Positions 11,851-22,660 of a stretch of 64,000 bases of DNA are shown piece by piece. The translations under genes were made by a program, and so were the position numbers. The notes below the pieces were generated by a model. The model searched no databases. It saw only the letters and a list, made by a program, of their open reading frames with translations, and was not told where the DNA came from. The DNA is taken from NCBI RefSeq assembly GCF_964204645.1, contig NC_134032.1, forward strand, positions 10,838,275 through 10,902,274. The letters run 5' to 3'. Origin of the DNA: Tubulanus polymorphus. Lineage: Eukaryota; Animalia; Nemertea. Position 1 is the stretch's first letter. Every line of letters begins with the position of its first letter.

Positions 11851-12649
11851 AAAGGTATAGATAGGAGGAATTTTCAAAATATACATAGATTAATATCCGC
11901 ATCTACAGTATACAATCATCTTGAAGTAAAAAATGACGTAATCAAAAACTGACGGTTCAGTCGGCAGTGGCGAGCACCAAAGGTTTCGGGTCCTCTCCAA
12001 GAATAATTCAGAATTTCCATACATTACACGGGGAGCAGTTGACAATAAAATGATCACTGCTGAGCACAACATAATATTGAGTGTCGCATGTTTTGAAAAG
12101 GAGCATTGGACTATGGAGACACGGCCATCCGCACGTGATCACATGAATGAAGTGAAATAAATATATACACTGAAAAGGTTCAAAATCTGTGTAATAATCA
12201 ATTAATGATATCTCAGAAATAATTGTCACTAATAAAGTAATGACATAATGCACTAATTAGAGTCTACAATGATACATCGAACAAAGTCTAAGCTACGTGA
12301 TCTGACTAACTGATCACTGATCAAATCTACAGCAGAATATTAACTGCGGAGTATGAAGTAACCTTCATAAACTGATATGATTATGAAAAATGGCAAATAT
12401 GAGTACTGTAACTGTCAATAATCATAAGTATTGTAAGTAAACATACGTGAAAATATACACAATTCCCTTATTATTAAAGTGGAGTTTATGAAAAAAAAAT
12501 GAACGCATTACCTACAATTCCTATACAAGTAAATCGTAAAGAATTTAATCAATCGAGGATTCTCAAAAACCTTATACGGAAATAATCCTATACTCTGTAA
12601 CTACGATATATGGGTTTTGTCAAAATGGCAACGAAAAATAACTATCACC

Positions 12650-12895
12650 ACCCAACCTACCACCCACCGAGATCCAACACCACTACCCCACCACCCAGCC
12701 CCTACACTCCCACCCACCTAGACCTCCCCCAGCCCTACCACAGCCCCACCCTCCCTCAAACGAATCCCTCCCACCCTCCCTCACCCCTTCCCTCCCACCC
12801 TCCCTCACGCCTTGCCTCCCACCCTCCCTCGCCCCTTCCCTCCCACCCTCCCTCTATCCCTGCCTCCCCCCGACCCTACCCACCCTCCCCAAACC
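12650..12895. repeat. C-rich minisatellite, same 24-bp family
   Basis: Same unit and strand as 9915-10260; the paralog at ~35890-36185 is 48 bp (2 units) longer. Confidence 0.9.
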
Positions 12896-13440
12896 CTGCG
12901 GTTAGGCGAGTTGAAATGTTACGATGTTTTAGTCTCATGGACGTAAGATAAGAGAACAAATCACTGAAGTAATGCAGTAATCTGTACTCTGTATCCGCAC
13001 ACGATGTTACATGTACCTATAACTGTTCAATCAGTCTGATATCTACAGCAGTGAAATGTACAGAAATCCTAACTTAAAAAAAGATACACATCTGTCAGAA
13101 AGGACCACAGTGTTGTGTCATTGATATCAGGGACCAGTTTCATATCGATAATGAATAAAATTTGAGTTGATAACAGTAGGAAACCTGTACATCCGCTTTA
13201 CCAACCTTATAGAGAGACAAACTAACCCGACATGAACTATGCCTTAATAAATAAACACAGATATCGGTAGGGGAAGTTTGAATTTTGGAATTTTGAGGGG
13301 ATTGAATGGATATATAAATGCAACAGCTCACTGTAATTTCATTTCAAAACATGGTTAATCACTATGAAACTGGTCCCTTTAATCAAATCAACAACTGGTA
13401 AACAATCATAATTAAATGCTACTTATCTTGAATTTCGAGT

Positions 13441-13770
13441 TAGTGATTCCTGATTTCCTGTGCTGAATCCAAGAAAGTCTCATTGTAAAACAGTGATTCC
13501 TGATGTCCTGTGCTGAATCCAAGTAAGTCTCATTGTAAAACAGTGATTCCTGATGTCCTGTGCTGAATCCAAGAAAGTCTTATTGTAAAACAGTGATTCC
13601 TGATGTCCTGTGCTGAATCCAAGAAAGTCTTATTGTGAAACAGTGATTTCTGATGTCCTGTGCTGAATCCAAGAAAGTCTTATTGTGAAACAGTGATTCC
13701 TGATGTCCTATGCTGCATTCAAGAAAGTCTTACAAAACAGTGATTCCTTGTTGTCATGTGCTAATTCCAA
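13441..13770. repeat. 50-bp minisatellite, 6 units plus a partial
   Basis: cagtgattcctgatgtcctgtgctgaatccaagaaagtct(c/t)attgtaaaa starting at 13441, 13491, 13541, 13591, 13641, 13691; 9 units plus a partial at ~36716-37195. Confidence 0.95.
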
Positions 13771-14489
13771 GCTTCCAAAGGACCTATGATAGACAAATAT
13801 AAGGATGTTTCTCTCCCTAGAAATAACTGCAGAATCATCAAATCAAATATTCAAACTTACATATTCAGTGTTCCCCCAAATCTTAGTTCATTCATTCAGG
13901 AGGCTTTTCTATCTGCGGTCTAGGATTTACATTCACAGTTGAACTTGAAATATACATAAAGGAATGTTCAAGGAATAAAAACAGAATGAATAAATTCACA
14001 GGGAAGCACAGGAACACAACTTCAAATTTTAAAGATTCATTTTCGGAATTAGATTACAACGCGGCGAGGCGACGCCCATGATATCTGAGGTGAATTATAT
14101 TTGCACCATTTTAACCCATGTTATAAACACTTACCGAATATTGATATACTGAATTCTGGAGTGCGAAGGGAGGCTGGTTATGTTTGGAATAAGGTGGGAT
14201 TTTTGCATGTTCATGTTTTATGTTGGAGACCGCCATTTTCTTGTGCGCTGAATTAAGGTCAAACCAGTGGACACAATGACCACATACGTCATAATATCCC
14301 GGATTCGCGCGTCGCGCATGTCAGAAGTTTACAACGTCGATATTGAGGCTAGGTTTTTGTTCTTTTGCTATTTCTTATGTTAGAATTCCACATAATATTC
14401 AAAGGATTTATTCTCAGCTGTTTTAACCTATAAATCATCAGTTTTTTGCATAAAATGACTCTAAGTCCATGATTTCAGTTTCTATCGCT

Positions 14490-14711
14490 AGACTGTCGTG
14501 GCAGCCCCGATGCCATTTAGGTTCGAATCCCTGCAGGGTAAGATGGCACAGGACTTTTTGAATGACTGACTGTCAAATGACTTCAGCGTTGATTAACTTG
14601 TCCTTGATTTTTTATCCTGAAATACAGAATTGTCCCTCTTATTCATTAGATAGATTTCACGCGACTTGGTTTGGTGTCCCTTACAAACCCATCGCACTTG
14701 CCGAAAATGAA
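14490..14711 (+). mobile_element. tRNA-derived SINE fragment
   Basis: gtggcagccccgatgccatttaGGTTCGAATCCctgcaggg (B-box/T-arm) and body motif gtgtcccttacaaa shared with 1731-1850; head related to 41511-41606 and 41744-41831. Confidence 0.55.
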
Positions 14712-15273
14712 ACTGTATCTGCCTTTTGATGCTCATGCGGAATACAGAAATTCTTCCTTCGGATTTCTAGGCCGAGTCAAGATTCATTTTTCAATCACTT
14801 TAAAAATCTATGTATGAAATCTCAGTCAAAAGCCATTTCAAAGTATAACCGTATTTCAAGTTCAGCCCAGTCAATGTACATAGAAAAATACCAACAAAGA
14901 AAAACCAAAAACAAACCGCAAATATTCAATATTTCGATGTTAAACTCACTCAGATAAAAATCTCAAGTCTCTCGACAGATTCCTTATTCCCATAGAATTT
15001 CCATTATCAATTTCATGAATAAGTAATTTAGATAAGCTCTGAAAAGATCACGTATAAACATTGCTGCAGTGGGTATTAACTACTCAATATTAAAAGGCAC
15101 AAAGAATCCATACATATTCTATAGTAAAAATCTATATATACCTAAGAGGTTGAGTTTAAGATAAAGAAAGGTATCAGATATACATCAAATGGTTAACCAT
15201 TTTCGAGATAAGTATCTGATGACGATGATACACCGATCTTTTGTGAGGAGTATCTCTAGAACCTAGATCAAAA

Positions 15274-15840
15274 AACCTTTTCCGAGCAGCCTTGCGTTGT
15301 TTCTCTGTCTCTGTACGGCCGTTTCTTTTATTTCATTTGTTGTCCTTTTTTTCAACTTTCATATATTTGCGAACCGAGCTTTTCTGAGCTTATATGCGTG
15401 CGTGCTTTTTTCTATCAGAGGCGGGAGGCTCAAAGCACATCCTCGGACACGCAGTGAACTTGTCCCTTCGTACAGAGTGACCTCATCAATCACAATATAC
15501 TCAGACCCCTGTGTATATTCGTTCGCTGCGAGAGGCGGGGGCCCAAAGCACATCCTCGGACATGCAGTGAACTTGTCCCTTCGTACAAAGTGATCAATCA
15601 CAACGTACTCAGACCCCTCCTGCTGTTTGTAAGGGAGTCCACATCTAGCGGATCATACCCTGAAGCACTTGTCGTGATGAGCGACATAAGTTCGCTTATT
15701 ACTTACCTTAATTCTTATTGTTTTATTTTCTCTTTTATTCATATATTTTTCTATTTCTTTCATATATTTTTTTCCCGCCGTTTTGAGAAACCGTTGCTCG
15801 GAAAAGGTTGGGCGTGCGTGCAATACCCGTTTGGCACAAA
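15274..15840. mobile_element. Short element with subterminal inverted repeats, internal tandem duplication and terminal hairpin (HINE/DINE-like)
   Basis: aaccttttccgagca (15274-15288) / tgctcggaaaaggtt (15795-15809); two copies of a ~100-bp block at 15415-15620; gtgc...gcac hairpin after the right IR; A-run flanks; copy at ~47351-47923. Confidence 0.5.
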
Positions 15841-15906
15841 CTAAGAGATTTGCTCAACATGATCCAATAAACAATTTAAAAAAAGGTGAGTCATCGCACA
15901 TCAATT

Positions 15907-16305
15907 CCGGGTTCGATCCCCGAACTTATGTATTCCTCGTCAACCATAGATTCAAACCGGGTTCAAACCCCGGACTACTGGTCTACTTGTTAACTAAACG
16001 ATATAAAATAATACCGGGTTCAAACCCCGGACTACTGGACTACTGGTTAACTAAACGATAAACAATAATACCGGGTTCAAACCCCGGACTACTGCACTAC
16101 TGGTTAACTAAACGATTTAAAATAATACCGGGTTCAAACCCCGTACTAATGTTTTACCGGTTAATTTGAAAATATAGATGACTCGGTCCATACCCAGGAC
16201 CAATGTTTTACTGGTTAACTAAACGTCATAAAATGATACCGGGTTCAAACCCCGGACTACTGAATAGCTCAACAATAGATTCATCCTGGGTTCGAACCCC
16301 GGGCA
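15907..16305 (+). repeat. ~55-57-bp tandem repeat, each unit with a tRNA T-arm/B-box hairpin (ccgggttcaaaccccgg)
   Basis: About 8 hairpins here; about 9 at ~47996-48440. Confidence 0.85.
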
Positions 16306-18309
16306 GCATTAGCTAGGAAGAGCAATCGGTAAGGATGAGCTGAATGTCTGAAGTAAAAAGTCTACCATCAAAACTTGTGAATGAAACGTCCTGTATAGGA
16401 TTGTGAATAACTCCTCTCCAAATACAGAATTGGAAAAAAATATTTGGAGATTGATTTTAGATATTTCAATTAAATTAGAATTTTTGATTTGGTATTTTTC
16501 TGTACAACTAACAAGGACGAACTCTAACCTCAGCCCTGCGCCGAAATACGTATTCAAACCGGGATATTCCGACCGTGCATGAGCTCTTTCAGAAATACAG
16601 TCAATGTATCAGCGCCAAAGTACTCTTTATTTACTCTTTATATAGAAAAGTGCAGACACGATAATCTCGTTCTGTTCAGTGATTTTGAATATGCATCTTA
16701 ACACGTTCACACGGTGCCGAAAGTTGATTCAAAATATATGAGTTTAAAAATTCTCAAAATTCGCTTCATGTGTTTTGAACTAATTTTTCGATTTAGCTCA
16801 AATCATGTATCGGAATGTACTCAAAGTATTCCGCAATTTTGAAAACATCTCAAATTTTTCGCCTATATTCATATACCAAAAATAATCTACGCAGGTCTTA
16901 TCACATACACACAAAGATACATGAAAATGCGTGTACCTTTAAGCAAGCATCAAATGAATTTTGAAATCACGAAATATCTGAAGTCAGCCAAATACGCAAT
17001 CTACTTAACATGAAAAATACGAGACAAATTTTTTTCCATCGAGACACGTCGAATCTGTTTTATCTATAGACATTTAAATCAGGTATATTTGATAGTTTCC
17101 ATCGGAAAGAAGAACTCATTGACTGCTATCTTAGTCAAAACAGTAGAAAAAATCCTGTATGCTTTGGTTGTTGATTTATCAAATAGTGGACCTCGGAGCC
17201 CTGGCATCTGCCAGTTTGTGATAGAAAATGCATCAGTTCTTCCAGAAACTTTGCTGTTAGTTTGGGACGATTCGAACTCTTGTTGGATTTGCAAAAAATG
17301 ACTGTTGGTTTGACGAAAATGAAGTGTGGAAATCGGTACAGAAAAGTCGGTAACAGGGCTGTGGTTTAGTTCCACAATGGGATATTTACAGAAACAACAG
17401 CCAGGAGGCGGGAGACAGGGAAGGCAAAATGGAGTGATTAGTCAGCAGAAATGTAGCTATGAGTTTGACAACACAAACCATGGCGCATTCTCAAAAATCG
17501 ACTGTCAATTCGAGGCGATGGAAATATGAAAATCTGCTAAAACTATCACTAAGTAACCGGAAAGCGGTTTTGTCTCACAATCGGATATCAACACGAACCA
17601 TAGGCCAAGAAGAGGGAATGAGGGGATGACAGAAGGGAGAGCATGGGCAGTGGGGAGGATTGTGGTTTAGCTTGAACACAAACCAAGGGTAGGGAGGAGG
17701 GGAGGTTGATAAAAATGAGGGGTATAGTTAACAGGACTGGGTTTAGATTTACACCAACTACGAAGAGAACGGGTGAAAGAAGGGAGGGGGAAGACAGCGA
17801 TGGGGGAGGGAGAAGGCCTGAATGAGTTGTCAGAAAGAGGGCTCTTAGAGAGTAAGATCATTGCATGACTGTGACCAGTATAGTTTCACGATATCCGAAA
17901 ACTAACTATGTAATACTATGAATTATGTAAATATGAATTTAAGATTGAGTCAAATTGTAAAACCGTCAAAAATAGAAGGAATGCACCTCACCACAATATC
18001 ATACGAGCTGAAATTCATTTCTCTGCCGTCTTTCTTCTATCGGCCATAATATTCGCCATCATCACCTCAACGCTTGTGGTTACTGTTAGCATCCTTAAGA
18101 TATGAGTTAGTTTCAGCTAGACGTGCCTTAATTCAAACTGTTTAGTTCTGGTGAATCCGGTTTGCGATAAGGAAAGGTGGTCAATATGGCCACCCGCAGT
18201 AGTGTAGTGTATACGGACTACAAATGTAAATCGAGAGCGACGACGGTCACTTTGAATACGAATTCACCGTCTGCTGAACAATATTCAACCTTGACCACAA
18301 CGTCGTATA

Positions 18310-18605
18310 CGACTTACGACCCGATCCGATCGTTGGGTCGGAGGGAAGCGAGTCTGCGTCAGACTCGATTTTTTAATCGGGAACATTTTCGACAGAGTTT
18401 ACTTTCCGACCACAAGGATAGAATAAGTTTTATTTCCTACGACCCGATCAGATCGTCGTAGCCAATCAGCGACGGGTTTTGCATCACATGTCTTTAAGAC
18501 TCGGCGATGATCGAGTCGTATTTATGACCCGAGTGCTCCTAGGATCGTGAGACAAATGAATCGGCAATCAGTGGTCATACGACGATTTAGTCGGGTCGTA
18601 AGTCG
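18310..18605. mobile_element. MITE-like element
   Basis: cgacttacgacccga / tcgggtcgtaagtcg inverted ends; copy at ~50385-50683 and a diverged partial copy at ~39700-39880. Confidence 0.6.
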
Positions 18606-18864
18606 ACCTTAGCTTAGCTATAAATAGACTATTTTCTTCACTAACTTCCTCGGCAAATTTTCCCCCCAAAATGGTTTTGTTCGTAATTGCAATCCATAAT
18701 TGCTATTATCAGCCTATATTCAGATATTTCATAATTTTTCTTTAAAATACTAGATAAACTTTTTGTACATATCCCTCTTAAAAGCCTCTTTAGGAGGGAT
18801 GTGCGAAAATGATTATGATTATTATTTCAATATCTACTAATTATCAGCGCTAAGCTAATCAAAG

Positions 18865-19719
18865 TTACTTTTTAAGACCTTGTCGGCTCTGCAGTTCACT
18901 AATGTCGCTTGTACCTCGCAACTGGTTGACCTTGGAGTGATAACTGAAGGTCAACTCACTTGAGCGGCAATCCTTTTTCGTCTGGATGGAATGCAATATA
19001 AGCTTTATACACTTAGCTTTATAGACTTTAGTTACATAACATCGCAACACACGTCAACCACGTATCCCACGCAGCTGGCACTTCTGTTGAGTGCGCTTGT
19101 TCAAATTGCCGTTCTACAGTAACGTGAGCAATTCCAGTCGATAAATTCAACAAGCTGTGAAAATTGGGAATTGAAATTTGACCAAACTAATTCTTTTAAC
19201 TCCAGCGTTCATCCTATCAAACCAGAATGGTGGACCTAGGCCTTGAGTTACATACAATTAAGGGGAACCGCAAGAATCCACCACCATCGTCCAAGATAAT
19301 GCATTTCAAATTTCAACTTTCGAACTAGATTTTTTGCTTCTGAATCCAAAGGTTATCACTTGAACCACCAAATATTGATTCCAATGATAGTTTTCTTCAA
19401 GATGATTTGCTTTTAAAAGAAATATAAATAATATTTACAGGTATATAAGGGGCGGATACACGGGCTAATTTTGAAGAACTCGTCACATCCTAAAAGGGCT
19501 CATTGATGATGTCCATTATTAGGCAATATTAGACGTACTCCCGAACAAAAATACACCAATTTTCATCGTTGACAAGATGAAAAAGGGCACGTGGAAGACC
19601 TACAAGCAGATCTGGTGGATCCTCTTTTGGAATCTTCGATTGCCACAGTAGCACACATCAACTCGCGCTTCGATGAACGAACGTAGGTGTATCACGGATC
19701 GAAAATTGAAATTCAACAT
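18865..19719 (-). pseudogene. Possible second relic multi-exon gene, head-to-head with the vWA gene
   Basis: Exon-like blocks keep peptide similarity with the diverged paralog at ~40165-41140 (LR(S/T)(F/C)IEARVD(V/M)C(Y/N)CGNR; VTQG(L/P)G(P/L)PFW(F/L)DRM); shared ttcttttaaaag acceptor (19410); NRF1-like TGAGCATGCGCA at 19757-19768. Confidence 0.35.
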
Positions 19720-20264
19720 CCGCATAATAAGAGGAACCAAGATCGTCACCGTCCAGTGAGCATGCGCAGGACGCAACTACCGGCGTATATTTCAAACTGA
19801 AACCGTCACCAACCCTAGCCTTCCAAACCAAAGAAAATCACTTATCCCAGAAGAAGGGAAATCTTTCAGCGAGTAAATTCGATTTCAGTTATCATTTTTG
19901 TAAGGGATTTGTCCAATCGTAAAAGAAAATGGTTTGTTTAGGCCTATATAGTTCGCGTTTTATGCCCAGGCCATACACAGGGAGACACAACCCGGAAAAA
20001 AGAAACAGAAAGTATTTCGTGTGTGATGCTCCGAAACAAGAAAAGTCGAAACAACCCAAAAAAGCGTTTCTGTTTTATGTTTCGGGTGAACCGTCTTACT
20101 GCGGTTTAGAGAAAGAGGTTTGTGAGAAAATATTATGAAAAAATATTTTTCATAATATATTTTAAAAATATTCATATAAATTATAGATATAACGGGGAAG
20201 AAATTAAAAACCACATCGAGTTATCGATAACCAATATAAAAACGACCGGCAGCTATTCGTTCGG

Positions 20265-20341
20265 TATAAATAACACCACATTTCCCCGGTCCAGACATCA
20301 ACTATTGTTGACCAACACTGTAGTCGTGCTGTAATTTAAAG
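20265..20341 (+). promoter_or_regulatory. TATA box and short non-coding exon 1 of vWA gene copy 2
   Basis: TATAAATA at 20265-20272 and AAG|GTAAGT donor after 20341; both conserved in copy 3 (42727, 42807) and copy 4 (52346, 52428). Confidence 0.75.
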
Positions 20342-20519
20342 GTAAGTTGCGTAAACCTCATCATGATTTTGTTCGTCTTCTATGAGACTGCAAATTATCT
20401 ACGTCTGTGATTAGTAAAGTCACAAGCGGGCGGTCGAAGTGTTCACGCCATTTTCTTCTGAAAGGTATTTCATTCAATTTATTTCTATTAATTTCAATTT
20501 CACGTTCAGCTAGAAGAAA

Positions 20520-22660
20520 ATGACTGCAATCTTCTACGGGATGCTATTGGGAGTCGCGTTCGTCTTGGCGCCGGTGGCAGCAATGGCGGAACCTCCCGTC
20601 TTGTCGGACTCAAAACCAAGTAAAACGTGTTTATTTTTCAAAGCAGTGTTAGCGTCTATAATTTTCGGTGATGGTAAAACAAACGGCACCAAACATATAT
20701 AAATTTATGTACACAAAGTCCAACAAAGCATTCAGTGTTATAAATACTTTTTGAATTTTTTTATTATTGAATTATTATTATTATTTCAAAAGGGAAAAAA
20801 TTAATAATTTACCAACCTATACATGCTTTTTTCAGGCACAGTATATATTAGTAGCCTATCCGGTGACAGCTAGAATCTATGAATATAGCGCTAATCTATT
20901 GAATTCGTCAAATCCCAGAGAAGTCATGATTTTTCCTATTTTTAGTGTGTTTGATAAAGAACGATGTTGTTCTCGTGCTGGACCAGAGTGGAAGTTTGAA
21001 AAACGGAATAAATGGACAAGGACCAAACAACATACCGACTGTCAGGAAAGCAACGGAAGACATCGTCAGGGGCTTGCCGCTTCCTAAAGCTAAAGGCGAT
21101 TCCGCAATTTACGAGGTAACAATAAAATGTTGAAAGCACATCGCACATGTACAGGAAAACACAGAAACAGGAGACATGAACATGTTTCCCTATGTCATCA
21201 CGAGAGCCGAGAAATATGGTTTTGAGAACATTTTGTTTCCGAGATCAAACATGTTTGTTTCCGTGTTTCTGTATTTTCCTGCGTCGTGTGCGATGGGCTT
21301 GAAGCTTATGGATGGCTTACCGGTCTACCGGTCAACCATTGGTTTAGGATTAAAAATACGAATTAAGCGAAAGAAACTAAACAAAAAATCTCTGAGTTTA
21401 ACTTAACTTGACCAATCTGAATACTTTATGAATAATTCTGAATAAATATAAGCTTTAACTGGTAATTCATTTTAGAATGTTTTTCTAAATCATCTTTTAG
21501 GTAGAAGTGTATAGGTGGTCATATCTATACGGTATTTCCATATCAATAATGTACTAAATTGTTTTTTGTTCAGGTCGGGGTGTACATGTTTTCGGGAGCT
21601 GATGAACAGCTCATAGTTCAACAAATGACCGAGTTGCAAACGACGCAAGACGTTGATAATATCGTGACTAAAATCGATAATGCAAAAATTAACCACGGCC
21701 AGACACATACAGATACAGCGCTGAAGAATGTCCGAGAACAGGTAGATAAATATTATAGTCTCAGAAAATACCACCTGTAACCACATCCCAATCCAGCGAT
21801 AAAGTACAACATCTGTTATGAGTTATGGACTCGCAAGTAATCGAGATCCGTTGGATGCGGAGTCGTCTCAGAATAAGTTAATTATACGAATCTTTCCAAA
21901 AACGGACCATTTCAACTCATTAAAAACTGGGATCTAAATAAAAGTCAACTTGCTGAATATCTCGGCGATCATCACTCACTATGAACTTCCATCATACTTT
22001 TAAAATTGAATAAACAAATTAGTTATTGTCACATGATTTGGCATCGACGCGTGCCAGGGTTTGGTTGCCTTTGCGCAATTGGTGATGCAACCAAATCCAT
22101 CCTGGTAGTACTTGTCGAGAGAGATGCGTAAGAATCTTGACCATCATGTGCTGCTCCCGAATGGTGAATATGAGAACTAATTCACTTCTCTCATGTCACA
22201 GTAAGAAAATCGAAAATCTTGACTATCACGTGCTGCCCCTATATTAACCATTGGCGGTGAATGCGTGAACTAATCGAGTACTCGCATGCCACTGTAAGAA
22301 TAATAACAATATTTCATTCACTTTCAGATGTTGCCGAACAGTCGCCCAAATGTGAACAACACGGTCGTATTGATCACTGACGGCGAAATTTACAAAGGGA
22401 ACGAGTTCATTAATATCGCAGAAGGCTTGTTGCTCGAGCAGGCGGATAAACTACGAGGCCCCAACACCCGTATCATCGGAGTCGGGGTCGGAGCAAAACT
22501 GCCGGAATTCAGAGAGCAGTTGAAGAAAGTGGTCAGTCGTCCGGTGAGCGAAAACTACTTCGAAATAAAAGATTGGGAAAACGTCAAGAATTATATGGGG
22601 GAAGCGATCACGGCCACTTTGATATGCCCCCCGCCGTGCCGAATGAAATCATACAAATGA
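20520..22660 (+). CDS. Secreted single vWA-domain protein, copy 2 (256 aa); join(20520..20619,20946..21115,21574..21741,22328..22660)
   Basis: All introns GT-AG with compatible phases (1,0,0); signal peptide MTAIFYGMLLGVAFVLAPVAAMA; MIDAS DQSGS...GQTHT...LITDG; domain-flanking Cys; AATAAA at 22722-22727. Confidence 0.92.
21134..21300. mobile_element. Palindromic MITE in a vWA intron
   Basis: aagcacatcgcacatgtacaggaaaacacagaaaca pairs with tgtttctgtattttcctgcgtcgtgtgcgatgggctt; also present in copy 3 (~43558-43710) and copy 4. Confidence 0.7.

Larger units (their letters stand above)
9737..13075. mobile_element. Non-autonomous long-TIR (foldback/MULE/hAT-like) element within an intron of the pseudogene
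   Basis: ~9737-9912 is the reverse complement of ~12901-13075 (actgctgtagatatcagactgattgaacagtta...); candidate 8-bp TSD tcagaaag at 9732-9739 and 13095-13102; copy at ~32900-36363. Confidence 0.6.
5230..14236 (-). pseudogene. Multi-exon pseudogene of unknown family with an internally duplicated exon module
   Basis: Chain of GT-AG-bounded exons: 14236/14214-14135, 13943-13861, 13816-13734, 13330-13227, 9662-9553, 9511-9400, 9320-9242, 9163-8997, 8910-8800, 8717-8605, and a second module down to ~6080. Recurrent GTGAGTTTTC donors, AAAATGGCG start context, AATAAA near 5245. Stops and frameshifts present. Confidence 0.7.
1..22296. repeat. Segmental duplication unit 1 (~22.3 kb, short form)
   Basis: Near-identical to 22297-38711 (offset ~22.3-23.4 kb), to 46799-54428 and to 54429-64000; same order of vWA last exon, GPCR, minisatellites and relic gene. 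Confidence 0.95.

Noticed and set aside
6540-13943. TGA recoding (Sec/Trp) in the relic gene, since TGA recurs in some frames
   Set aside because: In the frames with synonymous differences the stops are mostly independent and include TAA/TAG and frameshifts; ordinary pseudogenisation explains it.
14490-16305. Functional tRNA genes at GGTTCGAATCC / GGTTCAAACCC motifs (also 41511-41831)
   Set aside because: No complete cloverleaf or paired acceptor stem; SINE- or satellite-derived.
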